DNA of 64,000 nucleotides. Source: Lama guanicoe (lineage: Eukaryota). Below the pieces are notes generated by a model, which saw only the letters and a program-made list of their open reading frames with translations, was not told where the DNA came from and did not search any database. The translations under genes and the position numbers were made by a program. Location: assembly GCA_013239625.1 (NCBI GenBank), contig MU053559.1, positions 2,896,324 through 2,960,323 on the forward strand, in the 5' to 3' direction. This document shows positions 1 to 14,300 of this stretch, in pieces. Within the stretch, counting starts at the first letter, position 1. Every line of letters begins with the position of its first letter.

Positions 1-143
1 AGCAGTGTAGGAGGGTTCCCTTTTCTCCACACCCTCTCCAGCATTTATTGTTTGTGAACTTTTGAATGATGGCCATTCTGACTGGTGTGAGGTGATACCT
101 CACTGTAGTTTTGGTTTGCATTTGCATTTCTCTGATAATTAGA
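1..143 (-). mobile_element. L1 ORF2 3' fragment (antisense), cut by the window edge
   Basis: Reverse complement matches the L1 [11 protein letters not shown]...CWRGC region seen at 3789 and 22518. Confidence 0.9.
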
Positions 144-3100
144 GTCCTGGTGAGAGTGTCCTATTCTTTTAATGTGTTTTTGCTTTTAATTAGGATTTTT
201 AGCAGTTTGGCTGACAGATTTCCCTTTTTGCCCAGGAGATGCTTTTAAGTAGTAGAAATGACAGTGCTTACTAGAGGATTAGATGTGGGGATTGAGGATA
301 AAGAAGGAGTCAGATGAAACTCGGCTTTGTGACCAGCTAGGGGGATGTTGGTACCTTCTACTGAGCAGGGGAAGACTAGGGGTGGGAGGACCAGACTGTG
401 TTTAGGTCAACAGTGAGACTCCAAGGGAGGGAGGGGGAGGTGGTTATCAGCGTCACCTCGTGAGCATTTTTAATGGTAAAATACGTTGTAAGCCTCCAGT
501 TCAAGAGAGTGGACTGTTTATTTCCTATTCCTTCTGACACTCCATTAAAATGATAATAAAGGAATAGGGGGAAAACATATAAGCCAATAACAAAGAAGAG
601 AGCATGAACAGTCAGGAGTATGTGGCAGGAGTGGGGCATATCAGTGCATGAAGGACTCCAGTAAGTTCCAGGGAGAGGACAGCTGATGGAAGGCTGAAGA
701 CAGTTGTGATGGGAAAGAGAGCTTGCTGGCCTAGAATTCGTGCAACACAGGCTGCAGGCAAGGACGGCGCACACCCGGAGAGCTGGGAGCCAGCAGGCTC
801 AGTGGAAGTGAAAAGGACAACCAGATTGCTGCAGAGGAAGTGGTGCCCCCCATCTCTCTCACACTTCACCCAGGATGTCCAGCTGCCAGGCATCTAGTAT
901 CTAAGCACAATGAGCAACAATAATAACAGCAATAATAATAATAATAACACAACAGAATATTAAAAATTGACAGGTTGCTCTCTAACTACATCTAATGAAT
1001 AATCTGGCCAGGGAAGGGGGAAGCAGGGCAGATGAAGGCAGAAGCAGCATTAAGTCCCACCTGCAAACATGAGGGCATCTAGCATTTAGGGGTCCCCAAA
1101 GCTATAGCCTATTCACCCTAAAGTGGATGAAATTCAGCCAGTCAACAAGACCTATCCAAGTATACGTAGTCCTTAATCCATTTTTCTAGTTCCTCCTTCT
1201 TATGTAGGATAATAAAGGCTTATCAGTCTTTTCATAAAATCTTGCAACCTGCAAAGGAAAGAAATTCACAAAGAAAATCAATGAATGAGCTAAAAATAGG
1301 CTCTAATCATATTTGAAGAGGAAGAGGTGGGGGGGCGTGTTGTGTAACTGAGCAAAATTCTCAACTGTTGTGCCAGTAAGTGAACAGAGAATATCTAAAA
1401 GTGATAAGTAAACAGTGGTAGAAGCAGATTAGTCAGAGATATAAAGATAAACCTCAGAAGATAATCCAAGAGTCAAAGGAGGAATAAATCAAGGTAGAGC
1501 ACCGTGGGAAGGGTAAGATAAACCACTTTAGAGTATTTGATGTTTTAACCATGTGCAAATTTTACTTTAATAAAAAGCATTAGAAAAAAAAAAAGCAGAA
1601 AGCAAAATACATGTAGTCAGGTTCTGCACAGAATGTGCGTGAGTGGCAAGGAGTGGCAGGAGCCTGGCATTCCCAGAAAAGGCTTTCCAGACGACTCTCA
1701 CCTGAATTTCCCCTCTGTCCCTGGGGCTGTGGACCCAGAAAGATGCTGGTCTCCTCCCTGGGGTAATGGTGAAACAGATTCCTGACAGATACTAAGCTCC
1801 TTGAAGCCAAGTTCATATCAACTACCATGTCTTCCCACAAATAAATGTTTTGGGGAGCACAAAGTATAAATAATGGGGGGGCACCAACTGAGGTTTGATA
1901 AGGGCTCATTAACAGAAAGTTAAGATTGTTGAGTTATACACCGGTCTGTAGGCTTTTGGCTAAATTTATAAAAATCAAGCCATCCTGGAACTGGAGTGAG
2001 GAAGAAATAAGAAAAAAATCCCCAAACAAAGACCCAACAAAAATCTTTGAGCTGTCCCAAATACTTAATTACAGTTGCAAAGAACTGGAACCAAAATGGG
2101 AAGGAAAGAGCTCTTTCTGCAATTTTACTTGCTGTTCCCAACACCCCAAATGCCCTTCCACGTGATCTGTACCTCCTATCTCCTTGTCATTCAGGTCTCA
2201 GTATAAATGTCATTTCACTTACTTATCCAGCATAATAGTTATCAAGCACCTTCCAGTGGGAGGCACTGTCCTAACTGGCTGGAGAAATAGGAGACACCGA
2301 GGGCCCCTACTACTCTCAGGGAATGTTGAGGGAGACAGACAATAAGCAAATGAATAGATAAATTGTCACAGGTTGGGTTCCCTGGGAAGCTGACTCTGAG
2401 GTGTGTCAAAGTCCCAGACAAAATGAACACTAGCTCTTCATTCATACACTAGCGGCAACGGAACCCATCTACCATCATTTTCATTTCAACCTGGGTTCAA
2501 GGATGTTAGAGAGGACGTTTTATAGAGGAAAAGGAAGAAATGCTTAGACGCTGTCTGATTGGTAAGTGTTCTATTATGGAAGGATTTTTGGAAATGGGGG
2601 GCTTTATAATTGACATTCAGGTTAGCAGTCCTTGGATGGAGTCGTTTTGGGACATGTCAGAAGAGGAAGGACTGTTCAATGTTAAGGACCCGGCGTTTTC
2701 CATGGCTGATTGTTAGAATGCAGGCTGTTCATTAGGGAGCACCCTTGGGATGGACACTTGGGAGAGGCGGGGAGAGCAAGCAAGCATTGGCAGAGGAAGA
2801 GTCCAACTGCCAAGGGACTCAACAAAGGTCATTGTTTCTATACCTTTTCAATGACAGAGCTTGGAAATACATATATGCTTTTTTCTATAAAGATGAACTA
2901 CATCGTAAAGTCACACATAACACTTCTAATTCAAATTCAAGACTACAGGGTTTTATTTAACCTCTTGATATTCAATCTGCATCTTTACTTATTTTCTTAT
3001 GCCAAAAATTTTGGTTCCCAATTTCATCGACAAATTACATGAAACAGTCTCAGAATACCAACACCAACACTAGCACTAACACGATTGCTGAAAGGAGTTA

Positions 3101-3427
3101 AGGTGTTTTTGGATTTCCTTTTGCCTCTAGATAAAACCCCTAGGGAGATGTAGATAAATTACTGTACTTAAAAATAGTAACTTGAAATCATTATTCTCTG
3201 TGTGGTTTTTCTGCCAATTCAATAGACAATTTGGTTCATTTGTTTCATGTAGTTTTTGTTTTTTAGGGATTGCTTTTTTAAAATGTAATTTTGCTTTCTA
3301 ATTAAAATAAAGAGTTTCAAAATCAAATATACAAAATAAGATATATTCAGAGAATATATCTAGCTTCTATACTTGCCCCTCCCACCTTGTTCCCTCTGTC
3401 TCTCAGTAACTTTAAAAAATGTTTTTC

Positions 3428-4590
3428 ATTCGCAGACATAAATCGTAGCAATATTTTCTTAGATCAGTCTCTCAAGGCAAAAGAATAAAAAGCAAAAGAA
3501 ACAAATGGGACCTAATCAAACTTAAAGCTTTTGCACAGCAAAGGAAACCATCAACAAAACAAAAAGACAACTTACAGAATGGGGAAAAATATTTGCAAAT
3601 GAAGACACTCACAAATATCCAAAATATGCAAACAGCTCATACAACTCCTTAACAGAAGAATAAACAACAGGTAAAAAGGGGGCAGAAGATCTAGACATTT
3701 CTCCAATGAAGACATATAGCTCGCCAACAGGCACATGAAAAAATGCTCAATATCATTAATTATCAGAGAAATGTAAATCAAAACCACAATGAGGTATCAC
3801 CTCACACCGGTCAGAATGGTCATCATAAAAAAGTTTACAAATAATAAATGCTGGAGAGGGTGTGGAGAAAAAGGAATCCTCTTACACTGTTGGTGGGAAT
3901 GTAAATTGGTGCAGTCACTATGGAAAACAGTATGGAGGTTCCTCAAAAAACTAAAAATAGAGTTACCATAAGATCCAGCAATCCTACTCTTGGGCATATA
4001 ACCAGAAAAGACAAAAACTAATTCAGAAAGACACATGCACCCCAATGTTCATAGCAGCACTACTTAACAATAGGCAAGACATGGAAGCAACCTAAATGTC
4101 CATTAACAGTTGAATGGATAAAGAAGATGTGGTGTATATATATACAATGGAATACCACTCAGCCATAAAAAAGAATTAAATCATGCCAATTGCAGCAATG
4201 TGGATGGACCTAGAGATTATAATACTAAATGAAGTAAGTCAAACAGAGGAAGACAAATATCATATGCTAGCACTTACATGTGGAATCTAAAATAATGATA
4301 CAAATGAACTTATTTACAAAATAGAAATAGACTTACAGGCATAGAAAACAAATTTACGGTTACCAAAGGGAAATGGCGGGGAATAAATTAGGGGTATGAA
4401 ATTAACAGATACAAACCACTATACATGCAACAGATAAGCAACAGAATTTACTATATAGCACAGGCAATTGTATTTGAAATCTTGCAGTAACCTATAATGG
4501 AAAATAATCTGAAAGAAAAATAACTTTATCAATTGGCTGTATACCTGAAACTAACCCAATATTATAAATCAATTATACTTCAATAAAGAA
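3428..4590 (+). mobile_element. 5'-truncated L1 (ORF2 C-terminus + 3' UTR), disrupted
   Basis: ORF 3789-3971 reads [15 protein letters not shown]...[18 protein letters not shown] (L1 Cys-rich domain), followed by a typical 3' UTR ending in aataaa. Confidence 0.93.
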
Positions 4591-4635
4591 ATTTTTATTT
4601 ATCCTTCCATTTAAAAAAGAGTGCAAGCGAAGACA

Positions 4636-4995
4636 TGTCGGGAGATAATTCTCCATGGTTCTCTTATGTTTCTGCCTAGCTTCTGAACAGAGTCACAGAT
4701 TGCCTTTGTTCCAGACTATCTTTTCAAGGATGTTTGTATAGCTAACAGCCTTGGAAGGTAGAGATAGTGTCTCCCTTGGGAGCATAGGGCAGGCAGGTTT
4801 ACTGCCCATTATAAAATATTCAGGTTCCCTAAACACACAGTTCCTTTCCTGTAATATAGCCCACTGCATGTCCAGGCATTACATGATCCTTTTCATGCCA
4901 TCCTTGGAACTGGAGCTTGTGGAACTGGCTCAAATGCCAATTCTCTTGACTAATGAAGCTATTTCTGTGAGTAATAAATCCCTTTTATCTCTCCT
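4636..4995 (+). mobile_element. ERV-type LTR fragment (LTR47-like; family name tentative)
   Basis: Starts tgtcgggagataattctccatgg and contains an aataaa near 4973; resembles a eutherian LTR consensus from memory. Confidence 0.6.
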
Positions 4996-7552
4996 TTGTG
5001 ATCAGAGAGTTTTGAGCAAAGAAGTGCCTTGATCTTACAGGGACATAATCTTACACACTTTAAGAGGATCACTCTGATTGCAGTGTAGACAATCTCATGT
5101 AGGCATGCAATTATGCCAATAGGAAACTGTTGAAAAACTAATCCAAAAGAAACAAGGATGGGCATGGAGCAGGGAGGTAATGACAAGAGGACTGATTCCA
5201 GATACATTTGACCCTCCAGAATTTTAGATATTAGATGTGTCAAATTTAAACTATAAGATTAATGTATTTTAAAAGTTGTTTCAAGTTTAATTTTATCAAT
5301 TTAATCAATAGGTCTGAAATGACATCAAAAGAGATGCATTGAAAAGTCTTCTTTCCAACCTTATTCCATAGTCATTCAATCCCCTCTCCAAAGGCAATTA
5401 GAATTACATTAATTAACAGTCAAATTAGTTAAATTGTTGAAAGAAATATAAGCTGAAATTTCAAGACCCAAGAGTGTTGTATCTTCTGCCAGAATCCATG
5501 CAACTGTGCCAGTCAATCTTGTTAGATTGCAAATAGGATAAAAGTCTCAGACCGTCACAGTTCTTGAAAGCATGTGTATTTTTGTATTCTACCCTACCCA
5601 TTTCTTACACAATGTTAGCGTTCTATACATACTTTGTTTATTTAAGGGTAAAGTACAAAATATGTTTAAAATCAAAGGGCTAGATGAGATCTAGGGAGTG
5701 AATGGAGATCAAAATGAAGTCTCAGAATGATCCCTGAGGTATCCCAATGCCTGGAGGTTGGTAAAATGAAGGAAACTCATTGTAGAAGACTGAGTAGAAG
5801 CAGTGAGGGAGGAAGGAAGGGAATCAAAAAGAGCGATAGTACAGATTCTGAAGTCTTTCTTAGCCAATATCCCTGAAAAACATTCCACCAGCCAATCCAG
5901 TCTCTCTGGGTTTATCATCTGTTTTAAATACTTCATAACATTTATAGCCATCTGACATTGTTTATTTGTTCATTTAACTGCCACATTACATCATTTTCTC
6001 CATGAGAGCAGAGACTTGTCTAAAAGGGTTACTAAAGCATCCTTAGCAACTAAGCCGGGGCCTGACATACAGTAGGCACTCAACAAATATGTGTGGAATG
6101 AGTGAATGCCTGCACACACACATGAATGAATGAATGAATGAATGAGTACTTTCTGGGCTACATTTACTTGGACAGACTCTTGGATGAGCCCACCACCCTT
6201 TTCCAATTTCCTTGTAAACAGGCTAACTTATAGTGACAATCGAGAACAAAATAAAATGAGCAAGGTTTGATAATATTCATCTCAGGGCACTTAAAGTTTT
6301 GGTGAATTTCATTAGAGTCCCCAGAGCTCTTAATTTTGAGAGTCCAGGAGGATCCTTACAGCCTGAGAAAGGGAAAACTGTGTGTGAGTGTGTGCATGCG
6401 TGCTCACGTGCCCCCGTGTATGCGTGTGTGTATGTTTTAAAATGGGAAACAATTATAGTCCAAGAAATTATAGACACTTAGATACTTGGGAAAATACTGG
6501 AACAAATGATAAATCAATCAATTTTCCAGCACTTAAGAAAGCAAAAATCAGTGTGTGGCTAGCATTATGATCCCATGGTGAGCCAATGTGCCAGACTAAT
6601 TCTGTTTTCTGCTGTGAGTGCCATGTCATGCGGATCCTGGGGAAGCAGTAGATGTAATCTATTCAGACTTCATTAAAGCTTACATGTCCCGCAGCGTGCT
6701 TTTCTCATCAACAATATAGACAGATAAGGTCTACATCTACTGTGTCCAAGAAAATTTTCCTTCTTGCCAAAAGTGTAGCAGAGACTCGATCATATTTATT
6801 ACTACTCTTTAGAGATAGTAGCAGCCTGGGGAGAGAGTGGTGGAGAAAATGATGGGCTCATAGGGAAAAGGTTAGCAGAGCAAAGTCAAGGGAAGGGAAG
6901 GTATGATAATACTTTGGCTCGGGTATTATTTATCATTTGTGCACAGGAAAATACTCAGTTCTCTCCATATGCTATTTGACAGAAACAATGGATGGCCTTG
7001 GCTTAGCTATAGGGCTTTGATAGCAGCATTTATCAGGTTAAATAAATAAATACATTTTATAAGCAAGGGATTTTTCCTCAACTTATAGTATCTTTAAAAA
7101 TTTTATTTTTATTTTATTTTTTCTGAGGATAGATATAATTAACATCTTCTAAAAGAAGAAAAGGACACACAACAAACAATATAGTAAGAGGGAACAGATC
7201 TTAGTATTTCTTTCTTTCTTTATTGAAGTATAGTCAGTTTACAATGTTGTGTTAATTTCTAGTGTACAGCATAGTGATTCAATTACATATATATATTTCT
7301 TTTCATATTCTTTTTCATTATAGGTTATTACAAAATATTGAATATACTTCCCCGTGCAGTATAGTAGGGATCTTAGTATCTAAACAACCATGAATTTTGA
7401 TGCCAGACTGTACTGGGTTCAAATCCAGACTCTGCTACTTGATAGAACTATATAACCTGTATCTTGTCTGAGCCTCAATTTCCACAAGAATAAAATGGGA
7501 ATAATAATGCTTAATTTGTAAGTTGTTGTAAAGATTAAAAGAGCTTGGGTTT

Positions 7553-10390
7553 TCTACTTCAGATAACATGAAAGACTGGATAGTCTGATAAACCTTTCCA
7601 TCATAAGGCATCTAGAAATCCTAGATACAATACAAGCTTCCTAGAAAATAAAGGAAATTTCCAGGAGCCAAAAGGAAGAAAAAACAGAAACCAAAGTGAT
7701 AGGCAAGCCCCAAAGTCACTCGTGGTTGCCACTATTTAAAAAGTAGAACTCTGGTTTTTAATACCTACACATGGACACAGGACATAGGGCTCCAGGCCCA
7801 TGTGGGAAAGTGTTGGAACTACAACTTCACAAGAAGTCAGGACCTTGTAAGGGCTATAGTCTAGTGAAATGGTAGATCAGAAAAATAATCCGCTTGCATC
7901 AAGGGGAAAAAAGAGTCTTATCTGTCTCAATTTCCCCTCCAATTGGAGAAAAACGTCTCCTGTGAAAATATATAACATAAGCCTGCCTACGTATGTGGTT
8001 AGAATTCACTTATATCACCTATGACATCCAGGGGATTTAATTTGAAGTGGTCCTGGGTTCATAACACACTGTGGTACTTGACCATAGATAATGGAAATTC
8101 TCTCTGGAGGAATTTGCCCCTCAAGTCAGTTTCCTTAAGAGTTCCACAGATAAACTTCATCCAAGAAGAAGTCAATATAAAATTAGAAAACACGTGAAGA
8201 AACGAGGCACTATAAACTAGAGTCAGCAGAAGCAAAAAACAGCAGAATTGGACTCTCCTGGATTTCAGATATTAGATATACCAGATTTAAACTATAAAAT
8301 TAGTATGTTTAAAAATATTTTTTAAGTTGAATTTCATCCATTTATTGAGTAGGTCTGAAATGGCATCAAGAAAGATGCATTGAAAAGTTTCTTTCTAACC
8401 TTATTCTACAGTCATCCAATTTCTTCTCCAAGGGCAATTGGAGTTACTAGTCAAATTGTCAAAAGAAATATGAGATGGAATTACAAATATGAGCAAGGAA
8501 CAAGAATATATAAAAAAGATCAAATAGATATTTTAAAAGGGTTCAAATAACACTTCTAGAAGTGAAAAACATAATCAGTGAAATTACATACTCAATGAAT
8601 GGGTTAAGAGGATTAGACAGATCTGAAGGTAGGACAAGTGAACTGGAAGAAAAATCAGAAAAACTGCACAGAATTCAGCACTAAGAGATACAGAGACAGA
8701 AAATATGAGAGGATAAGAGACATTGAGGATACAATAAGAACATTCAATATATATTTAAATAAATATCCAGAAATAGAGAACAGAAAGAATGAGGGAAAGG
8801 TAATATTCAAATATGTAATGATGGAGAATTTTCTAGAATTGTTGAAAGACATGAATCTTTAGGTTGAAGAACTACAGTGAGCTCTGAGGACACTAATAAC
8901 AAGTATAGTCTTAGACTTATCATAATAAAACTGCAGAACGCCAAAGAAAAATTGAAAGCAATTAGAAAGAAAGGAAAAACAAAAGATTACTAAAAAATGA
9001 AAACCAATTACATTAACAACAGATTTACCAACATCAAAAATAAAACCAGAATACAGTGGATTATACCTTCAAAGTGGGAAAACAAAATATCTGTCAGCCT
9101 AGAATTGTGTCTTCAGACGAATTATCTTTTATTAAAACAAAACAATCTTGCTATTTGTCTCCATTAAGTACAGTCCATGTAATAAGCCAATTTCATAGAC
9201 AAAGATATGTGCATAAGAAATGTTTAATGCAGCTTTACTTGTAAAAGCAAAACATACTCATAAAAATGGAATGGAATAAATTATATAAATCATGGTATAA
9301 TCCTAAAATGGAATACCACATAGTTATTCTAATGGTATAGAAATATATCTAGTACGTATTTTCAAACTATAAAAAGCAAGTAACCCAGCAATTTGCATAT
9401 TATGATCCCATTTTTGTAAAATAATACATACATTCATGTGATTTAAAATCATATGGAAGAATATACAAGAATCTGTTAACAATGGTTATAGCTTGGTCTG
9501 ATAGTAGAGAGTAGGTGGAGGGAATTCAATTTTGAAATTTATACTCTTCTTGTACTCTTTTTTTTTTTCTTTCTTCACTTTTTAAATTAAGACTTCGTCG
9601 TCGTCTTCTTCTTATTATTATTTTGAGAATTACCTTTTAAGAGTGAGGGGAAAGTAAAGGTATTTCCAGGTTAAAAACTGGGACTTTGCTACCATACTTT
9701 CTTAAAGAAGAAAGATCCCATAATAAAGTTCTGAGATATAAGAATGAATGATAAACAAATAAACCAGTAAAAATTGATGGGGGAATCTAAACACATGTTG
9801 ACTGTCAAAATTAATAATAGTGTTCAATTTGGGTCATAAAAATTAGAGTACAACAAAATAAGTTGTGAATTGATAATATGCAGCAGAGGACATGGCATCT
9901 GATTAGACTTAGAGTGTTCTAAATTTCTTGTATTGTTCAGGAGGACGAAAGAAATATTGAATAATACTAGAATTTAGGTATACATATAGGCTAACATGTT
10001 GAATTATTACATAACTATAGAAATAATAGAAATAGAATGCATAATTCCAGAACAGAACAGGAAAGAAAATAAATTTTAAAAACTTAATCCTAAATTAGGC
10101 AAGAAAGAAGAAAAAAAGCATAGAAAATGTGGAAAAAACAGAAAGCATAAATAGGATGGTGGAAATAACTGCAGAGGCACCAGCAATTACAGTAAATATA
10201 AATGGACTACATTTATCAATTAAGTGTCAGAGATTGTCAGAATAAAGAAAAAAAAAGATCCAGGTTTGTGCTATTTACTGGCAATATACAATGCTTCAGA
10301 AAGATTGAAAATAAAAGGTTAGGAAAAGATAATTGTGTAGCAAGAACTAATCAAAAGAAATCTAGCATAGTTATATTAATATCAGACTGA
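7553..10390 (+). mobile_element. Old L1 (L1M-type) 5' region: ORF1 and start of ORF2, fragmented
   Basis: A-rich. ORF 8638-8862 (..DIEDTIRTFNIYL..ENFLELLKDMNL) is ORF1-like; ORF 10202-10390 (..NQKKSSIVILISD) is endonuclease-like. Confidence 0.75.
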
Positions 10391-12870
10391 AATAGATTGT
10401 ATGATATGACAGAGATAGCTAGCTATTCACTGAAATCTTTTTATTTTTATAGAGTTATAGCTGGGAAGTAGCTGATCCTCAAGGATTAAATTTTCAAGTC
10501 CTCCTTTCCTCTATGAGTGGCCATGTGACAGTCATTGCCAATCAACCATGAGTGGAATTGATGCCCACTAAGTACAGGGGTCTGCACATACTGGTGCAAA
10601 ATTTGTATGAGAATTTTCCTTGTTTTTGTTGTCATAAACGAAATTTACCCCAAACTCCCCAACCAGTGTAAAAATTTCATTGTGCTTCTCTCCAGGTTTC
10701 TCTCTAAACATAATTCTGTAAACATAAAACGAAGTTGGGATCTAATTGTATACACAGACTTGTCTGGATTCCTCATTAAAGCCTGTATTCTTACTTCTTT
10801 TCCGTGTTACCAAGTGCTCTTCTAAAGCATGAAAAGCATGACTTTCAAGCTTGCCACAATAATCTGTAACTCAGCACAGTGCTGGACACAGGGTAACATT
10901 TAATAAATGTTAGCAGTGAGTGATGAAGAGAGGAGCCTGAGGATGACAAGGAAGGAGATGAAGGATGTAGCACAGTTCACCCACCCTCTCCCTTGCCACC
11001 CATGGTAATAAACATCACTGCCTATGTCTTTGTTTATTCCTAATCATTTCCTAAGGATAAACTGCTAGAAGTAGAATTACTGGGTCCAAGAATACAGGCG
11101 TGTTTAAGACTCTTGATACAGATTCTCAAATTGCTTTCTGGAAAGATTGCATTAATTTATAATTCTCATGAAAGCCTTTTAAAATGGGGATCATTATTCC
11201 CATTTAACAGATCAAAAAACCAAGGCTCAGAGAAGATTAAGAAACTTGTTTGAAGTCACTGCTAGAAGTACGCTGTATATCCAACTACAAAATTATTATT
11301 CCATTGCATTTTAAATTTATTTTGGGGGTCAGTACACCCCCCCCAACCAAATTTATGCCAAAGCCCAAAACAACTGGCCTGGTTTCTTCCCAAAAAAGTC
11401 AACAGCATCTAAAAAGAAAAAAAAAATATATATGTATGTATATGGATAAGTGAATCACTTTGCTGTACACCTGAAACTAACATTGTAAATCAACTACACT
11501 TCAATAAAAATTTTTTAAAAAATCAATGTCATGGAAGACTAAAAAACAACAAGAAAAAACAACTAGGAACTCTTTTAGATTAAAGGAGACTAAAGAGACA
11601 TGTAGTGTGTGATCTTTCATTAGAAACTGGATTTTGGGGAAAGTTGAGAACATTTAAGTATGTTAGTACTACTGTATGACTGTATAGTAATATACTGTAG
11701 TAATACTGTATATTAGACAACAATATTGTGTTGATAATTAAAATTTGCAAATATGATAACTATATTGTGGTTTTATAAGAAGAATGTCTTTATTCTTAAA
11801 AGGTACATATTGAAATATTAGAATTGAAATGTCATGTCTGAAATGAACTCTCAAATGGTTTGGAAAAAGAAAGAAGGAAAGAAAAGGAGAAACATGGAAA
11901 AAAGAGAAAGAAAATAAGTATCTGTAGGGGAAAGGGAGAGAGAAAGAGAGAGAAAGAAAACGTGTCACATTTGGTGAATCTTGGTGAATGTGTGTTCATT
12001 TCACTCTTCCGGTAACTTTTCTTAAGGGTTTGAAATTTTACAAAATAACATGCTGCTGAATAAAAAATGGATACCAGAACACGATGGTGGTATTGGATCT
12101 CTAAGATGATTGCTAAAGCTGTAAAGACTTTGCATAGGTTTTCTTTCTTTTTAAAGCATTTGGAAAAAAATGCTTTAAAGAGAGCCCAGCACCCATTAGA
12201 CTCAGGGGACACTAAAGAATTTCTCGTTGAGCTGATTTTTAGGCTGTTAAATAATTGCTGCCGACACATTTGCTTGTGGCCCCTGGATTTTGTAGCTTAG
12301 TCCTGTGATTATTGTTGTCTTGGTGATAAGCAATCTCTCACATAATGAGGGCTGGATTTTGTGGGTCTTCTTTTTCCATCCCTGGGGATAATTATAACCT
12401 GTCCCTGGGAGGATCATGGCTGTGGGCACCAGGCGGTGAGAAAGGATAGGATTCTTTTCTATATTTTTGTTCCTTTTCTTTTTTATTGGCTAGCTGTAGC
12501 TGTCATAAATAGGGAAAATTAAAGTCTTAAGGTGCAATGTATTTCTCTGACACACTCTATTTTCCAACTTAAAATATGCTAACTAAACTGTGCACATTCA
12601 TTGACAATTGAGATACAAGTTCTGTAATAGGAAATTCTATTCACATTTGTATACATGTGCACACTGTATTTTTCTTTTTGAGGGAGAGATTATTCTAAAA
12701 TATACTATTAAAAACAGAACTGTTTAAAAATGAAATGGCATTACCTTTGCTCTTGTCTAAATAAGCAGAATTTAATTTTATAGTGCCAACATTGTCGTAT
12801 TTCTGCACTAGTATAGCAGCAGTGGAAAAAGAGAGTTGTCACCCAAGTTTCTTAATGAAAAGTTTGGTAT

Positions 12871-13011
12871 GGGGGAGGGTATAGCTCAGTGGTAGAGCAC
12901 TGGCTTAGTATGCATGAGGTCCTGGGTTCAATCTCCAGTACCTCCGCTAAAATAGGTAAATAAATAAATAAAAACCTAATTACCTTCCCCCTAAAATTTA
13001 AAAGAAAAAAA
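12871..13011 (+). mobile_element. tRNA-Ala-derived SINE (Vic-1-like), long form
   Basis: A box tagctcagtgg, B box gggttcaatc, A-rich tail; perfect 14-bp TSD GAAAAGTTTGGTAT at 12857-12870 and 13012-13025. Confidence 0.92.
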
Positions 13012-13479
13012 GAAAAGTTTGGTATAAAGCTAATTTCTGGGGAGTTGGCAGGTCTAAGTTTCCATGAGTGCATCTTGTTTCTAGGTCAGTTGCACTTAAG
13101 AGTGGCACTGAAGTTGGGGTTGTAAACAGCTTGGCTAATGGGTGCGTTTTAGTCCTGTTTGCCAATTTCAGTCCCTCTGGGTTGCTTTGAGGAAGTGCAA
13201 ATCTCTCCAAAGGTCCATCGTTCAGTTCAATGTGGTGTTTTCTTCTAGCACCTCCTTGCATAATATTTGTTGGCAAGAAAACAAGAGAGACATTGATAAG
13301 GAATCAACTTTAACTTGGTGTGAAATAGCTATGAGCAAATTTATCTGAAAGGCTTACACAGTTTCAGTTGAATTAACATTTGACTATTGGAGCAAGATAT
13401 ATGGTTGGAGTCCCAGAGTTGTCACAATTGCAATATGTTTTTTAGGTTTATTTTAAAACTATATTTAATTTTAACTTCT

Positions 13480-14300
13480 TACTTTGAAATAATTTAAATT
13501 TACAGATGAGTTTAATTTAGAAAACAGAATAGTATGGCGAACTCAGGTATATCCTTCACTTAGATTTACCGGTTGTTAACATTTTGCAAACACTTGCTCT
13601 ATTACTTTATGCCTTTCTCTCTCTCCCTCTCTCTCTCATTGTAAACATCTATGTATATATTTAAATATACATTTGTGTATATATATTTAATTATCTTTGT
13701 TATTATTATTAGTTTTCTAAACCATCTGAGAGTAAGTCACAGAACTTGTGGCCCTTTTCCACTTAAATACTTCATTGTGTACTTCTTAAGAACAGGGACA
13801 TTCTCTCTCACAACCATAGGAAAATGATCACATTCAGAAAATGTGATATTGATACAATATTATGATCTAGTATATGGTCCTTACTTAAATTTTGTTGGTT
13901 TTCCCAGTAATGTCTTTTATAGCAACTTTTCCCCCCTTTGATCTAGGATGCAATCCAGTATCATATTCCACAAATAGCAGTCATATCCTCTCGAAGTTTT
14001 TAAAATCTGGGACAATGTTTCCATTTTTCTTTGTCTTTCATGCCATTGACATTTAAAAAATAGAACAGGCCAGTTGTTCAGTAGAATATCCCTCGATTTA
14101 GGTTTGTATATTTCTTCACGCTTAGAATCAGGTTGTGCATATTTGGTAGAAATATCAGAGAAATGATACTGTGTTCTTCCTAGTGCATGAGATCAGAAGG
14201 TCAGTTTGTCCAATTATTGATGATGTTGACTTGAATGACTTGGTTATGGAAGTAACCTCCACATTTCTCCACGATTTTTCGTTTTGAATGCAGTATGTCT
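13480..14300 (-). mobile_element. Old L1MC-like 3' UTR (antisense)
   Basis: Related in reverse to the + strand L1MC-like 3' ends at ~11.5-12.0, 31.0-31.7 and 42.4-43.5 kb. Confidence 0.65.

Noticed and set aside
376..897. ORFs of 132, 93 and 63 aa
   Set aside because: No recognisable domain or splice structure; the region looks like decayed repeat or neutral DNA.
11832..12429. Cluster of overlapping ORFs (145, 77 and 60 aa)
   Set aside because: They partly run into an L1 3' UTR and low-complexity DNA, with no recognisable homology.
12871..12945. tRNA-Ala gene (and the seven similar sequences)
   Set aside because: They have A-rich tails, target-site duplications and divergent stems, so they are SINE copies rather than tRNA genes.
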